The position numbers and the translations under genes were made by a program. Below are positions 12,300 to 25,868 of a DNA stretch of 63,169 nucleotides, piece after piece (position 1 is the stretch's first letter; each line of letters opens with the position of its first letter). The notes under the pieces are model-generated. The model was not told the DNA's origin and searched no databases. It was given only the letters and a program-made list of their open reading frames with translations. Origin of the DNA: Folioceros fuciformis (lineage: Eukaryota); the NCBI GenBank assembly GCA_049999805.1, contig JBNGIO010006317.1, positions 598,493 through 661,661 on the forward strand, given 5' to 3'.

Positions 12300-14750
12300 C
12301 TTATACTTGAGGTTAGCTTCTAAGCAAAAACAACTCTAAAAAACAATAGCAAGCTTTCCTATGTTTCCAATATTTGATAAATAACAACCGCAATAGGATT
12401 AGACCCTCATGGGTTGTGCAACCACAATAGGATTAGACCTTCATGGGTTGTGAAACGCGAGCTTGAAATGGTTGTAGAATGCAAGGTCTTCCATCCGCTC
12501 ATGGTCCTAAGTTGAATCTATTCTATTCTATAAAGGAAACCATAGGAGACGAATAAGTCACTAGTCAACCTACCATCGCTAATGTCCTTGTGACTAAGTA
12601 AAGTTACATGCTTGCAAAGGTTTGACAACTCAATGATCTCTTTGATGTGAATCTAATCAATATGGCCTTTACTAAAGAAGAACAAGATGAGAAACTCATT
12701 TACGCCCAAAGAGGTGATACAAACTACCGAAGGTGACTAAACCACCAAGGGCTAGGCCTTGAAAACGTTAAGCCTAAAAACTACCAGTAGAACATAAGAT
12801 ATCATGGTCCAGAGTCATTTTTACCACCTCTTCTACCATTCTCGTCATTTTTGTCAGCCACCTCTTCCACCATTCTCGTCATCCGATATATAGCATTAAG
12901 CAACGTTTTCTATAATCCGATGGAAACCCTCTACTAAAAGAATGCTACAATACACAAAAGACCAAGCTCATTTTCCCTATTGTGAACTGCCTTGGCTTAA
13001 GTCTTCAAAGACTTGGAAAATGCCTTGTACATGATCCTATGGGTCTCAATAATAAGGGAAATCGCACATGGTCCTATAGGTCTAAATAATAAGGGAAATA
13101 AAGATGTGTCTGGCATGCACAAAGGTGTTCTTGTAAGTCGTAGTCGATGCGCTCCCCTTTGCCACCCAAGTTGAGGACTATATGCTTGTAGTCGATGCGC
13201 TCCCCTTTGCCACCCAAGTTGAGGACTATATGCTTGTAGACCGAGACCCATGTAGCATTCGTTACTATCACATTTGCAATAGAAAACTTGTTCTCCCTAA
13301 ATTAGGGGAAGATCAATCTAGAGAGAACGTTTAACACTGTCTAGTAAAGTGTTTGGGTGCTCCTTGAAGGCTGACACCGGCCTCCTTAGCCAACAAAAAC
13401 AATATGACTCATCACAAAGGCCGCATGCGTAGTGATGCTTTGTCCCCCAGTTGAGCAATCGGCAAGATGAGTACTAGAGAGGTCAAGTGGCACCCTAGGG
13501 TTGCAAGAAGAGAGAGTAATCCGGAGGTTAGACCAAACCAAGGCAAAACCTCATCGCATAGAGAATGTGGCTTATGTGTTTAAAATCCCCAATTGTTGGG
13601 TTCAGCCAAGAATCTTGCTCTTTCGCCAGGAAGAATAAAGCCGCTCCTAAACGAGGCGAGGAATAGAAGAATATTGAAAAAAATTAAGCTGAACCAGCTT
13701 GTATTTCTTTTCACGAAGACAAGTTTGGAGCCCTTGGCTCCCTACCTTGAGAATAGAGGAAAATTGAAGCATAGCAACCATGGTCATAGAAGAAAGAGTC
13801 CAAAGTCAATTTAAAAGACACTTGCAAAGGGAGGGCACCCTTTTCAATACCAAGAACAAAAGATTCTAAAATGCAAGAATTCTGGATGAGGAAATTTAAA
13901 AAGTTAAGATGGTGCCGAAAGGGCCTAGCTCCCAAGAAACGCTATCAGTACTAAAATCTCCAAAGCCTATGCTTTAGAACACAACAAGAAGCGATGCATG
14001 TTGCCTTACAAGATCCCCAATGTTTGCACTGGAAGGTGCTATGCATGATGATATCTCCAAAAGCTTGCATATTTTATAGTCAAAGCTCCTCAAGCTTGCT
14101 AGCAATGTTGAACAAGGGTATTGAATAAAGTACGAAGAGAGGAGGATGTTAAATGCCACTTGTGGGTCCCCCAAATTGGAAAGGTAATCCGCATGAGCCA
14201 AGTCCTTCTCAAAGAGAGTATCCACGAAGCCTTGAACAAAGGTTGGAAGCCCCACTAAGACCCCCAAAACAAGAAGGCCCTTTAGGTAAGTAATTTCACC
14301 ACTCAAGAACACGAAAGGAGGCAATTCGTCAGAAGAGGACCAAACACATTTGGAGATCTTTATCTTTAGACCAATGCAAGATAACTCTAGAGGAAAAAGC
14401 TCGAAAGGTTCTCTGGCCCGAACTCTTGGGCCCAAAATGTGAGTATCTTTTGCCAAATATGAAATTAAGGAGGTGATAAGGGCCTCGAAATAAGCCATGA
14501 CAAGGAGGGCCTCCCCTTAGGGATCTCCTTGTTCTTGTGCCTTATACTGAATGAAGCACTAAAAACTGAATAGGGTACTAAAATCCCCACCACTGCTGAT
14601 CCATAAAAGGAGCGTAGAAACGGAATGAGGCTCGCTAATTGGATACCTACACAATGACCTAGTTCAGACGAGACTTTAGGATGACCAAAACCCCAAAAGC
14701 AACCGATACGAAACACCTCCATAAACAAGCTTAGCAAACTTATCAAACCC
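12300..14750 (-). mobile_element. Degenerate, 5'-truncated non-LTR retrotransposon (RT remnant, possibly CRE-like)
   Basis: Minus-strand fragments LIPFLRSFYG, GT-QGDP*GEALL (QGDPLG motif), YLAKDTHILGP (decayed LADD motif), IGLKIKISKC.WS, VLGVLVG, LGDPQVAF; many stops and frameshifts; AT-rich. Boundaries approximate. Confidence 0.65.
13140..13239. repeat. Perfect 48-bp tandem duplication
   Basis: gtagtcgatgcgctcccctttgccacccaagttgaggactatatgctt at 13140-13187 and 13188-13235. Confidence 0.95.
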
Positions 14751-15211
14751 TAGCTCATGGGATAAGCTTATAGTAAACTAGCACAATAAATCTATGATAG
14801 TGTGAGTTTAATATATCTACTAAAAAATGATATAACAAGTGGAGTATGATTGAGATGTAAAAGCAATTCGTTCTATGATCTAACATCACTCATCAAGCAA
14901 AGCATAGGCAATTTGCTTGGTGGCATGGCCTTAGTGTAATCTCACCATCACCAAATTTGGCTAATTGTAACTTTACTTTGCACCCAGTCCACACCTTCCT
15001 ATGGGTAAACAGAAGATGTGAGATTCTGGTTTATGTCCGACGACGTCTGTCATGTGATTGATAAACCCCCTAAAAAAGCTAGGTCGCTATCGGGTAGAGC
15101 CGGGAGCTGAAGTACTCCAGTCTCCGCATACCTAAGAAATTGGTGCAGTCGGCACCAGGTTGTGCCACTGATCTGGTTGCTGTGCACCGTATCCGCGCAG
15201 AGCAACCAACC

Positions 15212-17101
15212 ATGGCGCATTTCGATCTCACGGCGAAGGTGGCTCCCTATCTGGACCGGCATCTTGTGTTCCCGCTCCTGGAATTTCTGCAAGATAAGCA
15301 ACTGTATGCGGAAGAGCAGATTTTGAAGGCGAAGATCGAGCTTCTGTCCAAGACAAACATGGTGGACTATGCTATGGACATCCATAAGAACCTCTATCAC
15401 ACAGAGGATGTTCCCCAAGGTTAGCCGCTGCCATTCCCTGGTCACTTCTGAACTGGGGCTCGTAGAGTATTCGCCCTCATGTTGCCGTGCTCGTAACTGG
15501 ACAGATATGGTGGAGAGGCGTGTAGAGGTCGTAGGGAGGCTGAAGTCTCTTGAGGACGCTGCTGCGCCGCTTGTTAGCTTTCTCCAAAACCCAGCCTACG
15601 TGTCGGACCTTCGCTCTGACAAGCAGTACAATTTGCAGATGCTGCATGAGCGATATCAGATTGGGGGCGAGCAAATAGAGGCTCTGTACCACTTTGCCAA
15701 GTTTCAGTTTGAGTGCGGAAACTATTCTGGAGCATCGGACTACTTGTTTCAGTACCGCATGCTCTGCAATAACACCGAGAGAAGCATTAGTGCTTTATGG
15801 GGGAAGCTCGCTGCGGAGGTGTTGATGCAGAATTGGGATGTCGCTGTCGAAGAGCTGAACCGGCTGAAGGAGATCGTCGACTCAAAGGTATGGGCTAGTC
15901 CTTCCCAGGCCGCTAGCCTCGGTGTTGATTGTCATGTTTACCCACCTGATTTGGACTCGCTATTTTGTTGATTCGTGCAGAGTTTCTCCTCACCACTGAA
16001 CCAGCTGCAGCAGCGCACGTGGCTAATGCATTGGAGTCTGTTCATATTTTTCAACCACGAGAATGGCCGGAATGCCATCATTGATTTGTTCTTTCAGGAA
16101 AGGTAGTGTGATCTAATTTTTGATAAGCCAACTCCCCTTGTGTGGCAGAAAGTTCGGAGTGGAGAGAATGGTTGTTCGGCATGTAACCTGTTCGAGATTT
16201 TTTAGGTACTTGAATGCGATCCAGACCAATGCGCATCATCTTCTACGGTATCTTGCAGCTGCCTGCATTGTGAACAAAAGGAGGCGGAACATGTTGAAAG
16301 AGCTCATCAAAGTGATTCAGCAGGAGCATTACACCTATAAGGACCCCATCACAGAGTTTCTGGAGTGTTTATATGTGAACTACGACTTTGAGGGGGCACA
16401 GAAAAAGTTACGCGAGTGTGAGGAGGTACAGGTTTTTTTTCCAGTATTTGTTCCTCTATTGAAGTTCATGTCTAGAGCATGTACACTCTCGTTTAGGGTT
16501 GATAGGTGTGCTCACCCGAAAATTTGGAATCTTTGCAGCTTATTGTGAATGACTTCTTCCTTGGAAAGCAAGCGCAGGAGAACGGTTTTGTGTCTGTACC
16601 ACTCAGGGATGAGTTCCTTGAAAATGCCCGTTTATTCGTCTTTGAGACTTACTGCCGGATTCACCAATGCATCGACATAGGGTAAATCCTGTACAACATC
16701 ACCTGGGGCAATTGAGGGGAGCGTGCCTCGATGCTTTTTTTTCTCCAAGTGCCTGAGTATATGGGTTTGGACTGTTCAGGATGTTATCGCAGAAGCTCAA
16801 CATGAACTATGATGATGCGGAACGATGGATAGTCAATCTCATTCGAAATGCAAGACTGGACGCAAAGATCGATTCCAGGATGGGGACAGTTGTGATGGGA
16901 ACGCAGCATCCCAATGTGTCAGTATTCCCTTAGGAGGTTCTTTTGTTGCCCATGTTTGTCAGAGGGTAGCTGAAGGTTTTTTGTTCTCCTTGTTGCAGAT
17001 ATGAGCAGATTATAGAGAAGACAAAACAGCTGTCTGTGAGGAGCTATTTGCTGGCGAACAACGTTCTAGGTCTTATGTATCCAGCTGGAGCTGGACGATA
17101 G
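15212..17101 (+). CDS. eIF3e: Eukaryotic translation initiation factor 3 subunit E (multi-exon)
   Basis: [112 protein letters not shown]; stop TAG at 17099-17101. Confidence 0.97.
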
Positions 17102-17538
17102 CTTACGGACCGTATGACAGCTCTGAAATTGGTCGCTGTCAGGTTTTCTTGTCGGCAGGTGTGCAGCTTGTAATTCTTTAGTGTCCTAGCTCCATGTCCT
17201 GGGCACTACGGTGGTAGATCTTGATTGAGAGGAGAGAGGTGACTGCGGGGAATAGTGAAAACGGCCATGTTCAACTTTTGCTTTTATGGTCTAGTAGACG
17301 TTAGTTGTCCTTGGACGAGTTAGGCCACCAGCCCAGCTGTCGTTCAGTAAAGTTTTTCCTTGGCGGTCAGGTCGCACTCTTCGTCACCCTGTGGTACACA
17401 GGATGGTCGACAGCGACATTGATCATGAGAGCTGAGTTCATTTTGTGTCATGGCATGTACATAATGTGAACCAGAGATTCGCGACAAGATAGTATCGAAT
17501 TGCGTAGCTAGTAACGAGAAATCTGCAAATTTGCAGTC

Positions 17539-20500
17539 TTAGATTTCGGGCTCGAGAACCAGGATAATGGATGAGTAGCTTAACATCGGATACAGATTGT
17601 TTTTGAGAAAGCCGGCGTATTGCGCCTGAGCTGCGGCTCTGTCAGGAAGATCCTCTGCCAGGAAATCATAAGGGGTCACCTTGCTGGTATCCACAAGCGC
17701 TTGCCACTTGAAACCTGGCCTTTCGGGAAGCGTTACTACAAGAGGCAAATGTCCTGCATTGAATGCAATGTATAGCTCCTTCCTCTCCGCATCAATCTAC
17801 AGTACAGATGTTGACAGGAAAGGATTGGTTAGGGTTTGTTTCACAGACCTGTCACAGAACAAACAGATTCACCAAAGGTCTCCTCACCAGAGTGAAGGCA
17901 ACGAACCGACTTGTCTCGGACCAATCTGGGGACAATGGCGACACACCGTGCCACTCAAGCCTCTCAGAATTTGGAAAGTCCCTTAACCCCAGGGATTCAC
18001 AACTCCTGATTGACGGAAACGGTCATACACGTGCGTGTAAATTTCACACAAATCAGAAATATGCTTGAGGAAATCTACCTTCGGAAGTGCGTGATCTGCA
18101 TGGCAAATCTGTAAAATCCATTAGGATCGGCTCTCTTCTTGTCCCACCGGAAATAGTTGATCTGTGCAAATATCAAAGCCACAGGTTACAAGAAGCATCT
18201 CAAGCAAATGTGAAGCCAGGCTGAGGACGAGGGAGCTCACAGCAGTGTCATGACAGTAAGTGTTATTGTTGCCTCCCTTGGTGTGGCCGTATTCGTCACC
18301 CATTGTGATCATGGGAACCCCCTGAGCACCCAACCGCTGTGAGCATGTGGTGGTATTGCCTTAACAACAAACAGCTTACTTTGCACATCTCTGCTACCTG
18401 AGCAACCATCAAAGCGAGAAGGAAGTTTCGGAGCTGCCTTTGCCGTAGGCGCTGTACAGGCAAACTGACCAGCTCTCCTTCCTGCATTCATCCTTTTTGA
18501 ACCAGATCAGTAAACATCCTGCGACTGAAGAACCATGCAACCCAAAGATGTAAAATCAACATCACCTCTCCGCAGTTCCAGCTATTATTGTGAGACTCTC
18601 CATCATTATTACCCTCTCCATTCGCTATGTTGTGCTTTTGATTGTAAGACACCAAATCAGCTAAGGAGAATCCATCATGAGCTGTGACAAAGTTAACACT
18701 ATGCCAGGGCTTTCTTCCACCTTCCTGCGCACCCAACCTTCGGTTTGTAAACAGCCCAGGCAGTGGAACTCCATCCGGGGGGGAACAAAGGTACCGTGAT
18801 CCCAAGATAAGAACTAAGCATACTTGGTATAAATGAGGTGAACCGCAAAGGCACTGAGCAAACGAGCCGGCAGTTCCATCTGTTCCCTTTATGAATAGAC
18901 GTACAGTGTCTCGAAACTGAAACAATTATCCAAGCAGGCAACAAATCAGGAAATTTGAATTTGTACGTTTGCCTGCTAAACATCTTGGGCACAGAAACAA
19001 CGAGGTGAAGGTAAGAAGGCACCTGCCCATTCCACTCTGACCAGATACCCCAATGTGGGAAACTACCGACTTGATAGAGACCTCCAGTGTCCCAAGCCTC
19101 AGCAATAAGCTACATTTCACAAGGACTTCTCAGACGGAACAAGGGAACAAAGACAACAGGACGGTACAGAATCTGCTGAACGTCTATTGAGAAACGAGAA
19201 ACTGACAGATGCCCCAAGCTCAATAGGGTTAATATACCTTCACCCCCCTCAGTAAAGGGTCATTGCTCATCATATCAATCAAAGGTGGCTCAGTGAGAGG
19301 TGTGCCAGTTGTGACGTAGTCACCCTCAGGTCCATCAGAGTGTCCAAAGACATTAGATCTGTCCCAGAGACTGCACAAGAAACCAGGCAACATGTAAGGG
19401 TAAAACTTGCATGTGAATACACACTAGACAACTTTGAACCACACGTACCAATCTTGGAGAGAAGATACTCACCTGCTTGCACGGGTCATAATTGAGGCCA
19501 GATCAAAACGGAACCCATCAACATGCATCTCTGTCACCCAGTATCTGAGAAAAAACCATCACAGGTTCAGAAAAATGTGCAGAATGATGACTGGCGAGGT
19601 GCTTGTAGATCTGAAACGCCCATGTTGACAGCCAGTACGAGACGCATTATACCTCAAACAATCGACTATGAATTGGCGCACAACAGGATGATTGCAGTTG
19701 AATGTGTTACCACAACCTGAATAGTTGTAGAACTCACCCTGTGACTACACCTGTCAGTACCTCTAAGAACGAAAAGTTGGCCCGGCAAACCATAGTGGAA
19801 ATGGAAGAAACAGCTGGGCAGAAGCACCGAGGCCTTTCGTACCTTCGGCGCTATCATATAGTACACTCGATTATCGAAACCCCGGAACGAGATCGTCGGG
19901 CCCATCTCATTACCTTCAGCAGTGTGGTTGAAGACAACGTCCATGAAAACCTAAGGCACCCAATCAAGATCTGCCATGTGTCAGTGAAAACCTGAGTCAC
20001 CAGTACCTTACTGTGGGCCAGAAACTTCAACGTTCCCTTCAACTGAAGACAGTACCTCAATGCCTAGCTTGTGTGCCTCCTTCACAAGCGTCTTGAACTC
20101 TTTAATTGCATCACGCCCACAATTCTGAATGCCAGATGCAGCATACCTTGTCATCGGAGAGAAGTAGTTGATTGTAGCATAACCCCAGAAATTCATCCTG
20201 CAGTTCATGATGGCTTATAACTTAAAACCTTGTCCTCTTTGGTTTAGACTGAATTCACGGAGAAACTGATCAGACATATACTTGTAGTTTCCCATCACAG
20301 GATTGTAAGCGTAATACTCCAGTTCGTTGAATTCATGGCTGGGCATAAGCTCAATCGCATTGATTCCCAATTCCTGCATGTAGCTTCGCAAAACGTTCAG
20401 CAGCTGCGCTGCAGGCTGCTCGCAAGAGGCAGCTGCTCATGAGGATGATAGGCGCCATTCATGTACGAGGAGAAAGAAGTATGGCGTAACCTTCAGATGT

Positions 20501-21811
20501 TGAAGCTTTTCCACCAATCCAAGATAAGTCCCAGGATAGCCAACTTTGCTTGATTGATGTTGAGTGAACCCGCGAACATGCATCTCATATATTATCAAGT
20601 CCTTCTGATGAAGACCTGGCGAGGAATCTCCTTCCCAATCAAACTGCACAAACACAGCAAGCTTCATATTTAAATCAATACTTTCGCACAACCAACATGC
20701 GCATGAAGGAGAAGAATTACAATCTTGCTTCACCTCATCGTCCAAATCTGGCACCATTCCAGCCATTTGAGGCCAACAATTGCCATTCAGCCCGACAGCT
20801 CCGTAAGTGCCTCTGCTGATCACTGCCTACATCACACACACAAAAGAGTAGACATTAAGCTTGCTCCTAGCCATCGGTGTGGATGGCAGCAGCTGCTCCT
20901 GAGAGCCTCCACGGCTCATACCTTAGCATACGGATCCACCAAAACTCGTTTTGAGTCGAAGCAATTACCCTCTTCCAAAGAAAATTGCCCATCAACCCGG
21001 TACCCATACAAAAGGTTCTTCCCCAAGTCCTGGAGGAAGACATGCCACACATCCCCAGTTCTGTTGAGTACTGGGTCCAAAGGGATCTCCTTCGAGACAC
21101 GCCCCTGCACCGTGTACCAGGCCAGTTAAGCGAGCAGCTGTGACTAACCACGATTCAGTCACAAACTTCAGTGGCATGTACAGTGGCAGAAGTGAACAGT
21201 ACGGCAAGCTTCCCGCCGTTTACAACTGTACGCACCTTCTGCAAATCCGATTCGGTAAATATACAGAGCGAGACAGACGAAGCACCGCCAGAATGCACAG
21301 CAAAATTCACCCCACCATCTTTCGCAGTTGCACCGTACGGGAGCGGCCTTCCTCTCATAGGCTTGCCAAGCACAGGAGCGGGCTGCTCAGCTGTCCCGGC
21401 ACTAGAACTGCGCACGGCGGACGAGCTCGTCTCTATCACTTCGCATCTTATCAACTGCTGGGTCGTTGGAAGGCGCACAGGCACGTCCAGCAGCGCATAT
21501 CTCCCACATCCCCTCCGCAACAGCTCACCACCACCTCCCACTCCTCTCCGCTCAGGTCTGTGAGGCCTCCCCACCCAGAGGCTCTCTCGTCTGGCCAACC
21601 TGTGCTCCAAGCGCACATTTCCGGACGCCCTGGCCTGGTAGACAGGCTGCTGCATGGAGCCCGAAATTTCAGAGGTTACAAGCGCCTTCCCCACTCGCTC
21701 GTCCAGCAATGCGTCCCCCCAGGACCCAGCGCGGTGAGCACACTGCGGGGATCCTCGGACCGAAAGCGAGACCCGAGCCGAGGGGGGAACCACAACAGCT
21801 GGCATCCCCAT
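17539..21811 (-). CDS. ISA1: Plastid isoamylase 1 (GH13 debranching enzyme), multi-exon
   Basis: [127 protein letters not shown]-terminus [17 protein letters not shown]. The start codon (21811) is uncertain. Confidence 0.93.
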
Positions 21812-22935
21812 TTCCCAGGGAGCCAGCCAGGACCTGTCTGGTTCAATGGAACTAATGCTTTGCTTGCGCGTCCCTTGCCACCCACTCAGCAATTTCCTTC
21901 CTGCATTGGCCCAAGTCTGCCGGACCAGCACTCACCCGCTATTGCATTTCATAATCAGCCACGCAGTGATTACACCGGTTCTCTGCCCATTCTTGCTCGG
22001 AGCGCGGATAACAAGTCTGTGGAGGGCGCAGCGCAGAATAGGCATTCCAGACTACAATCCTTTCCAGCATGCAAACCTCCCGTCCCATCAAGCACGCAGC
22101 AACCGCAGCGGGCCCCGCGCATTCCGAACCGCACAACCCTGAGGGAGGAGCAAACACTTGGGAGACATTGAGGGCAGGCAAGTAGGGGACGATGACCTGT
22201 CACGACCAGAGGCAGGGCGCGTTCAAAGGCATCTCCACGGTAGCTAACGAGCAATGCAGGTGGAAAGCTCCCAATGTCCCCACGCACAGAGCAAAGGGCT
22301 CTTCCAGATTACTCATCGAATCGGAGGACGCCACCTGCTTCCAACTTTCGCCCGTGCTAGTACTTCCCTGGACCAACACTGGCAACGAGGAAAGTATTAC
22401 GCCTGACGTAAACTCCCAACAAATCGAGGAAACTTTGCTCTATCCTCCACAGATCACAACACTTATTCTCAGAAACAGCCTAACGGTGTGCATACATCGA
22501 GGAGGAGATTGGACGGTGGACATAGAATTGCTCCGACAAACAGGAGCCTAGCCCGGAAGTTGAACGGAAAAGTGGTACTCTCCTTCCTTCTGTATGTATC
22601 CGGGATAAAACTGGGCTCAAGCTCAGGTTCATATGTACCCAGGATAACTCGGCTCCAACACATATTCGCGACAACAAGTGAGCTGAAATGCGTATCCTCA
22701 TCCATACCTGCATGGGAGACAAAGCTTTTCAGATCCTTTGCTTAGGACAGGAGCTTTGGGCAGGCACAGAAGGCTTTTCTTACGTGCTGTGCTTAGATCA
22801 GGAGGCGGTGCTTACGTCCTGCTGGGACAGGCGGCTTTCTTCCAGTCACCTCCTGGTGGGACCAACTTCTAATTCGGGAACCCGACGGCAACTGGTTATC
22901 CGCCGAGCTGAGCAGGGACACGTGGTTCCTTGTTA

Positions 22936-25868
22936 TCACGGCTGACCCTGACAACTCCAGTTACCAGCTGCGAATCGATGCATAAGGTAGCCATTCCGTA
23001 CAGCAATGTTTCTCTTTTCAACCCTTGACATTAACTCGGTGGAACTGTATCAGTCGCTGAACAAGCGCAGGTGTGCCACTTGGACTGTTCAAAAGGCCAT
23101 AACCCAGAGCTAGCTTCTCGGTATGCCCACAAAGCAGATCTTCCTTTTCCAGCAGAGGTGTGCCACTCGGACTGCTCAAAAGGCCAGAGATAGCTTCTCG
23201 GCATGCCCACAAAGCAGATGTTCCTTTCCCTTCTCACTCAGTGCCTTCAACACCAGCTTTGTGTCTCGCACCTGGCCCCCTTCCTGCTTGAGAAGGTGGA
23301 GTGCATTTGTGCTCTCTACCTTTAAGGCGATATCATCTGTTTACTTCCACCACAAAGGTAGGTACCTGCTTCGTTACCTCGATGCCTGCGACTGCAGGTT
23401 TCTTTCTAGCTCCTGCTAGTGTTCTCTGTATTTCAATCCTATCTACATCCTCCCACCTGCCTGCATCTGCATAGGTACTGGCCATGAGCACGTATGCCGA
23501 CGCGCCCTGAGGGTCTAGTCTAACAACACTTTCGAAACACCGTCTCGCCCTTGCTTTGTCCCCGTGTCTTTTGCAGGTATTGAGCAAATATGTCAATCCT
23601 AGACCATTGCTTTGGCTCGCACATGATAACAGCATGTTCTGTGCCTCAAGTAAACGGCCTATACGCCAGAGAAGATCAATAATGCAATTCTAATGCTCAA
23701 CAACAATAGGTTTGGTACCGTGCCGTTCACCCATGGAATCAAAGACTTGCGACCCTCATTCACCAGTCCCTCGTGGCTGGATGCGGCTAAAAGACAAATA
23801 AACGTGACATCATTCGACTGAAATCCAGCAGCTAGGATCTCCTCTAAACAAGCTAGAGCGCTGTGACCATGGTCACTAGAACCGCAGCCAGGTATCAGAG
23901 CATTCCATATCACTACATTCTTTACGGCCAGGTTGTCAATAACCGCCCATGCATCTTCCAGTTCACCACATTTCGCATACATGTGCACCAAACCAGTGCC
24001 CAGCACTATGTTATCTGACTCCCCTCGTTCCACAATCTGTGAGTGCAGCTGCCTGCCCATCTGTAGGGCACAGACGCTTGCACATGCCTTCAGGAGGCAA
24101 GCAAAAGAAAGCTGGTCAGCGACAACCATACCCTGCTGCACCATTTGTCCATACAGAACCAGTGCTTATTGACGCAGCTCATGATTTGCATACCCAGCAA
24201 TTAGGGATGTCATGTCACCAGAGTCTTTGTGGTCAAGCTGTCAGACACACTGCGAGCATGTTCCACTTCGCCACATTTCGCCTACATGTCCACCAAACAG
24301 TTGCCCACCAGTATTTCATCTAGCACACCTCTATCCACAATGTCTGTATGCAGCTGGCTGTCCTCCTGTATGTAACGTGCACTCACACAGACTATCAGAA
24401 TGCAGGCGAACGTAAAATGGTCAGCCACAATCAGGTCCTCGTGCTTCATTTTTCCACAAAGGAGGAGAGCTTCTTGACTGAACCCATGATTTGCATATCC
24501 AGCAATCAGAGCCGTCCGTGTAACCACATTTTTTGTGGCCAAGCTGTCAAAACTGCACGTGCATCGTCCAGTTCACCACATTTTGCATACGTGTCCACGA
24601 GGATGGTGCCCACCAATATGTCATCTACCAGTCCTCCTTTGACAATCTGTACGTGCAGCTCCCTGCACTTCTGTAAGGCACCAGCGCTTGCGCAGGCCTT
24701 CAGGAGGAAACCCAGGGTGACCTGGTCAGCCAAAATCAAGCCTCCTGCTCCATTTCTCCACTCAGAACAAACGCCTCCTCATTGTACCCATGATTTGCAT
24801 GCCCAGCGATCAGGGCCGTCCATGTCACAACGGTTTTTGTGGCCAAACTGTCAAAGGCCCGGCGCTCGCCACATATTGCATACAAGTCCACAACGCAGGT
24901 GCCAGCAGACAAATCAAGAGCAAGGCCACTGTGCAACATATCAGAGTGGATTCTTCTTCCAGATTCCAAATCAGCGGCAAATGCACAAGCTTGAAATGCA
25001 GCTAGAAAGAGGAGAGCATCCGCCTTCACACCTTCGCAACGCCCCTTGAGGTACAGTTGTATGGCCTCCTTAGGTTTCCCATGTTTGTTATGTGTTGAGA
25101 TTATGGAAGACCACATGAAGGCATCTGGTTCTTGCACCCTGGTCAACACATCCACGGCGTCCTGTAGCATACCTCCACCTGCACACATGCGCAAAATATG
25201 GCTTCCCAGGTATGCATTAGACTCGTACCCCCAGTTCATGTACTCGTCGCCCAGCATCCAGATCCTTATTAGCTGCATGCACTTCTAGCACAGTGCAGAA
25301 CAGAGCCTGAAAAATAGGACTGTCTGCCTCCGCACAACGGATTTCAGAGCATCCACGGCCTCGATGAGTTTCCCCTGCTCCCAGAACATGCTCACGGTTA
25401 CAGCCGACACAACATCCATTCTCGATTCTGCAACTCTACCAAACTCAGGAATGTCCAGGGAGCTGGCCTTCAAAAGAGACGCACCATGACTTATCTCCCT
25501 GTCCAGAGAAACCAGCTGCTCATCCACCCAGCGTGCAGAAACTGGTTAAACAGAGGACCTCGCCGGAAGTCAGGCGAACGCGAGCTATTCTTATCTAGCC
25601 TGTTATCCCACCACATGGTCGGGTCGAAAAGAAAACGTTGCCATAAGAACTCCTCCTCCTGGAGACGCACATCGCTGGGCAACCCTTCCCCAGCCATATA
25701 TTTCCTAGAAAGTGCTGGACTCCTTACACTGCTGCTGCAACTAAAGGCCATGTTGTCTGCCAGGGTTTGACTCCCAGAGCTGAGGTGAGATGGAGGTACT
25801 CGGAAGACTCCTTTACAGTAACCCATTTGGTCGGACCACGACGGACCTGGTTGCCACGCAGTGGCCAT
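22936..25868 (-). pseudogene. PLS-class PPR protein with DYW:KP (GQP-ending) domain, heavily frameshifted
   Basis: Starts MATAWQPGP (paralogous to MATLWQPDP at 4205). PLS motifs are spread over five or more ORFs; RKKPAVAGIEV; CGHAEKL and CGHTEKLALGYGLL; CxxC region damaged (SD*Y); ends RNIAVRNGYLMHRFAAGNWSCQGQP-stop (22936). Confidence 0.9.

Noticed and set aside
14746-14753. Telo-box-like AAACCCTA upstream of eIF3e
   Set aside because: About 460 bp from the ATG, at the edge of the retro-relic, single copy; not distinguishable from chance.
21140-22171. 343-aa plus-strand ORF
   Set aside because: Antisense shadow of the GC-rich first exon of ISA1; no recognisable domain.
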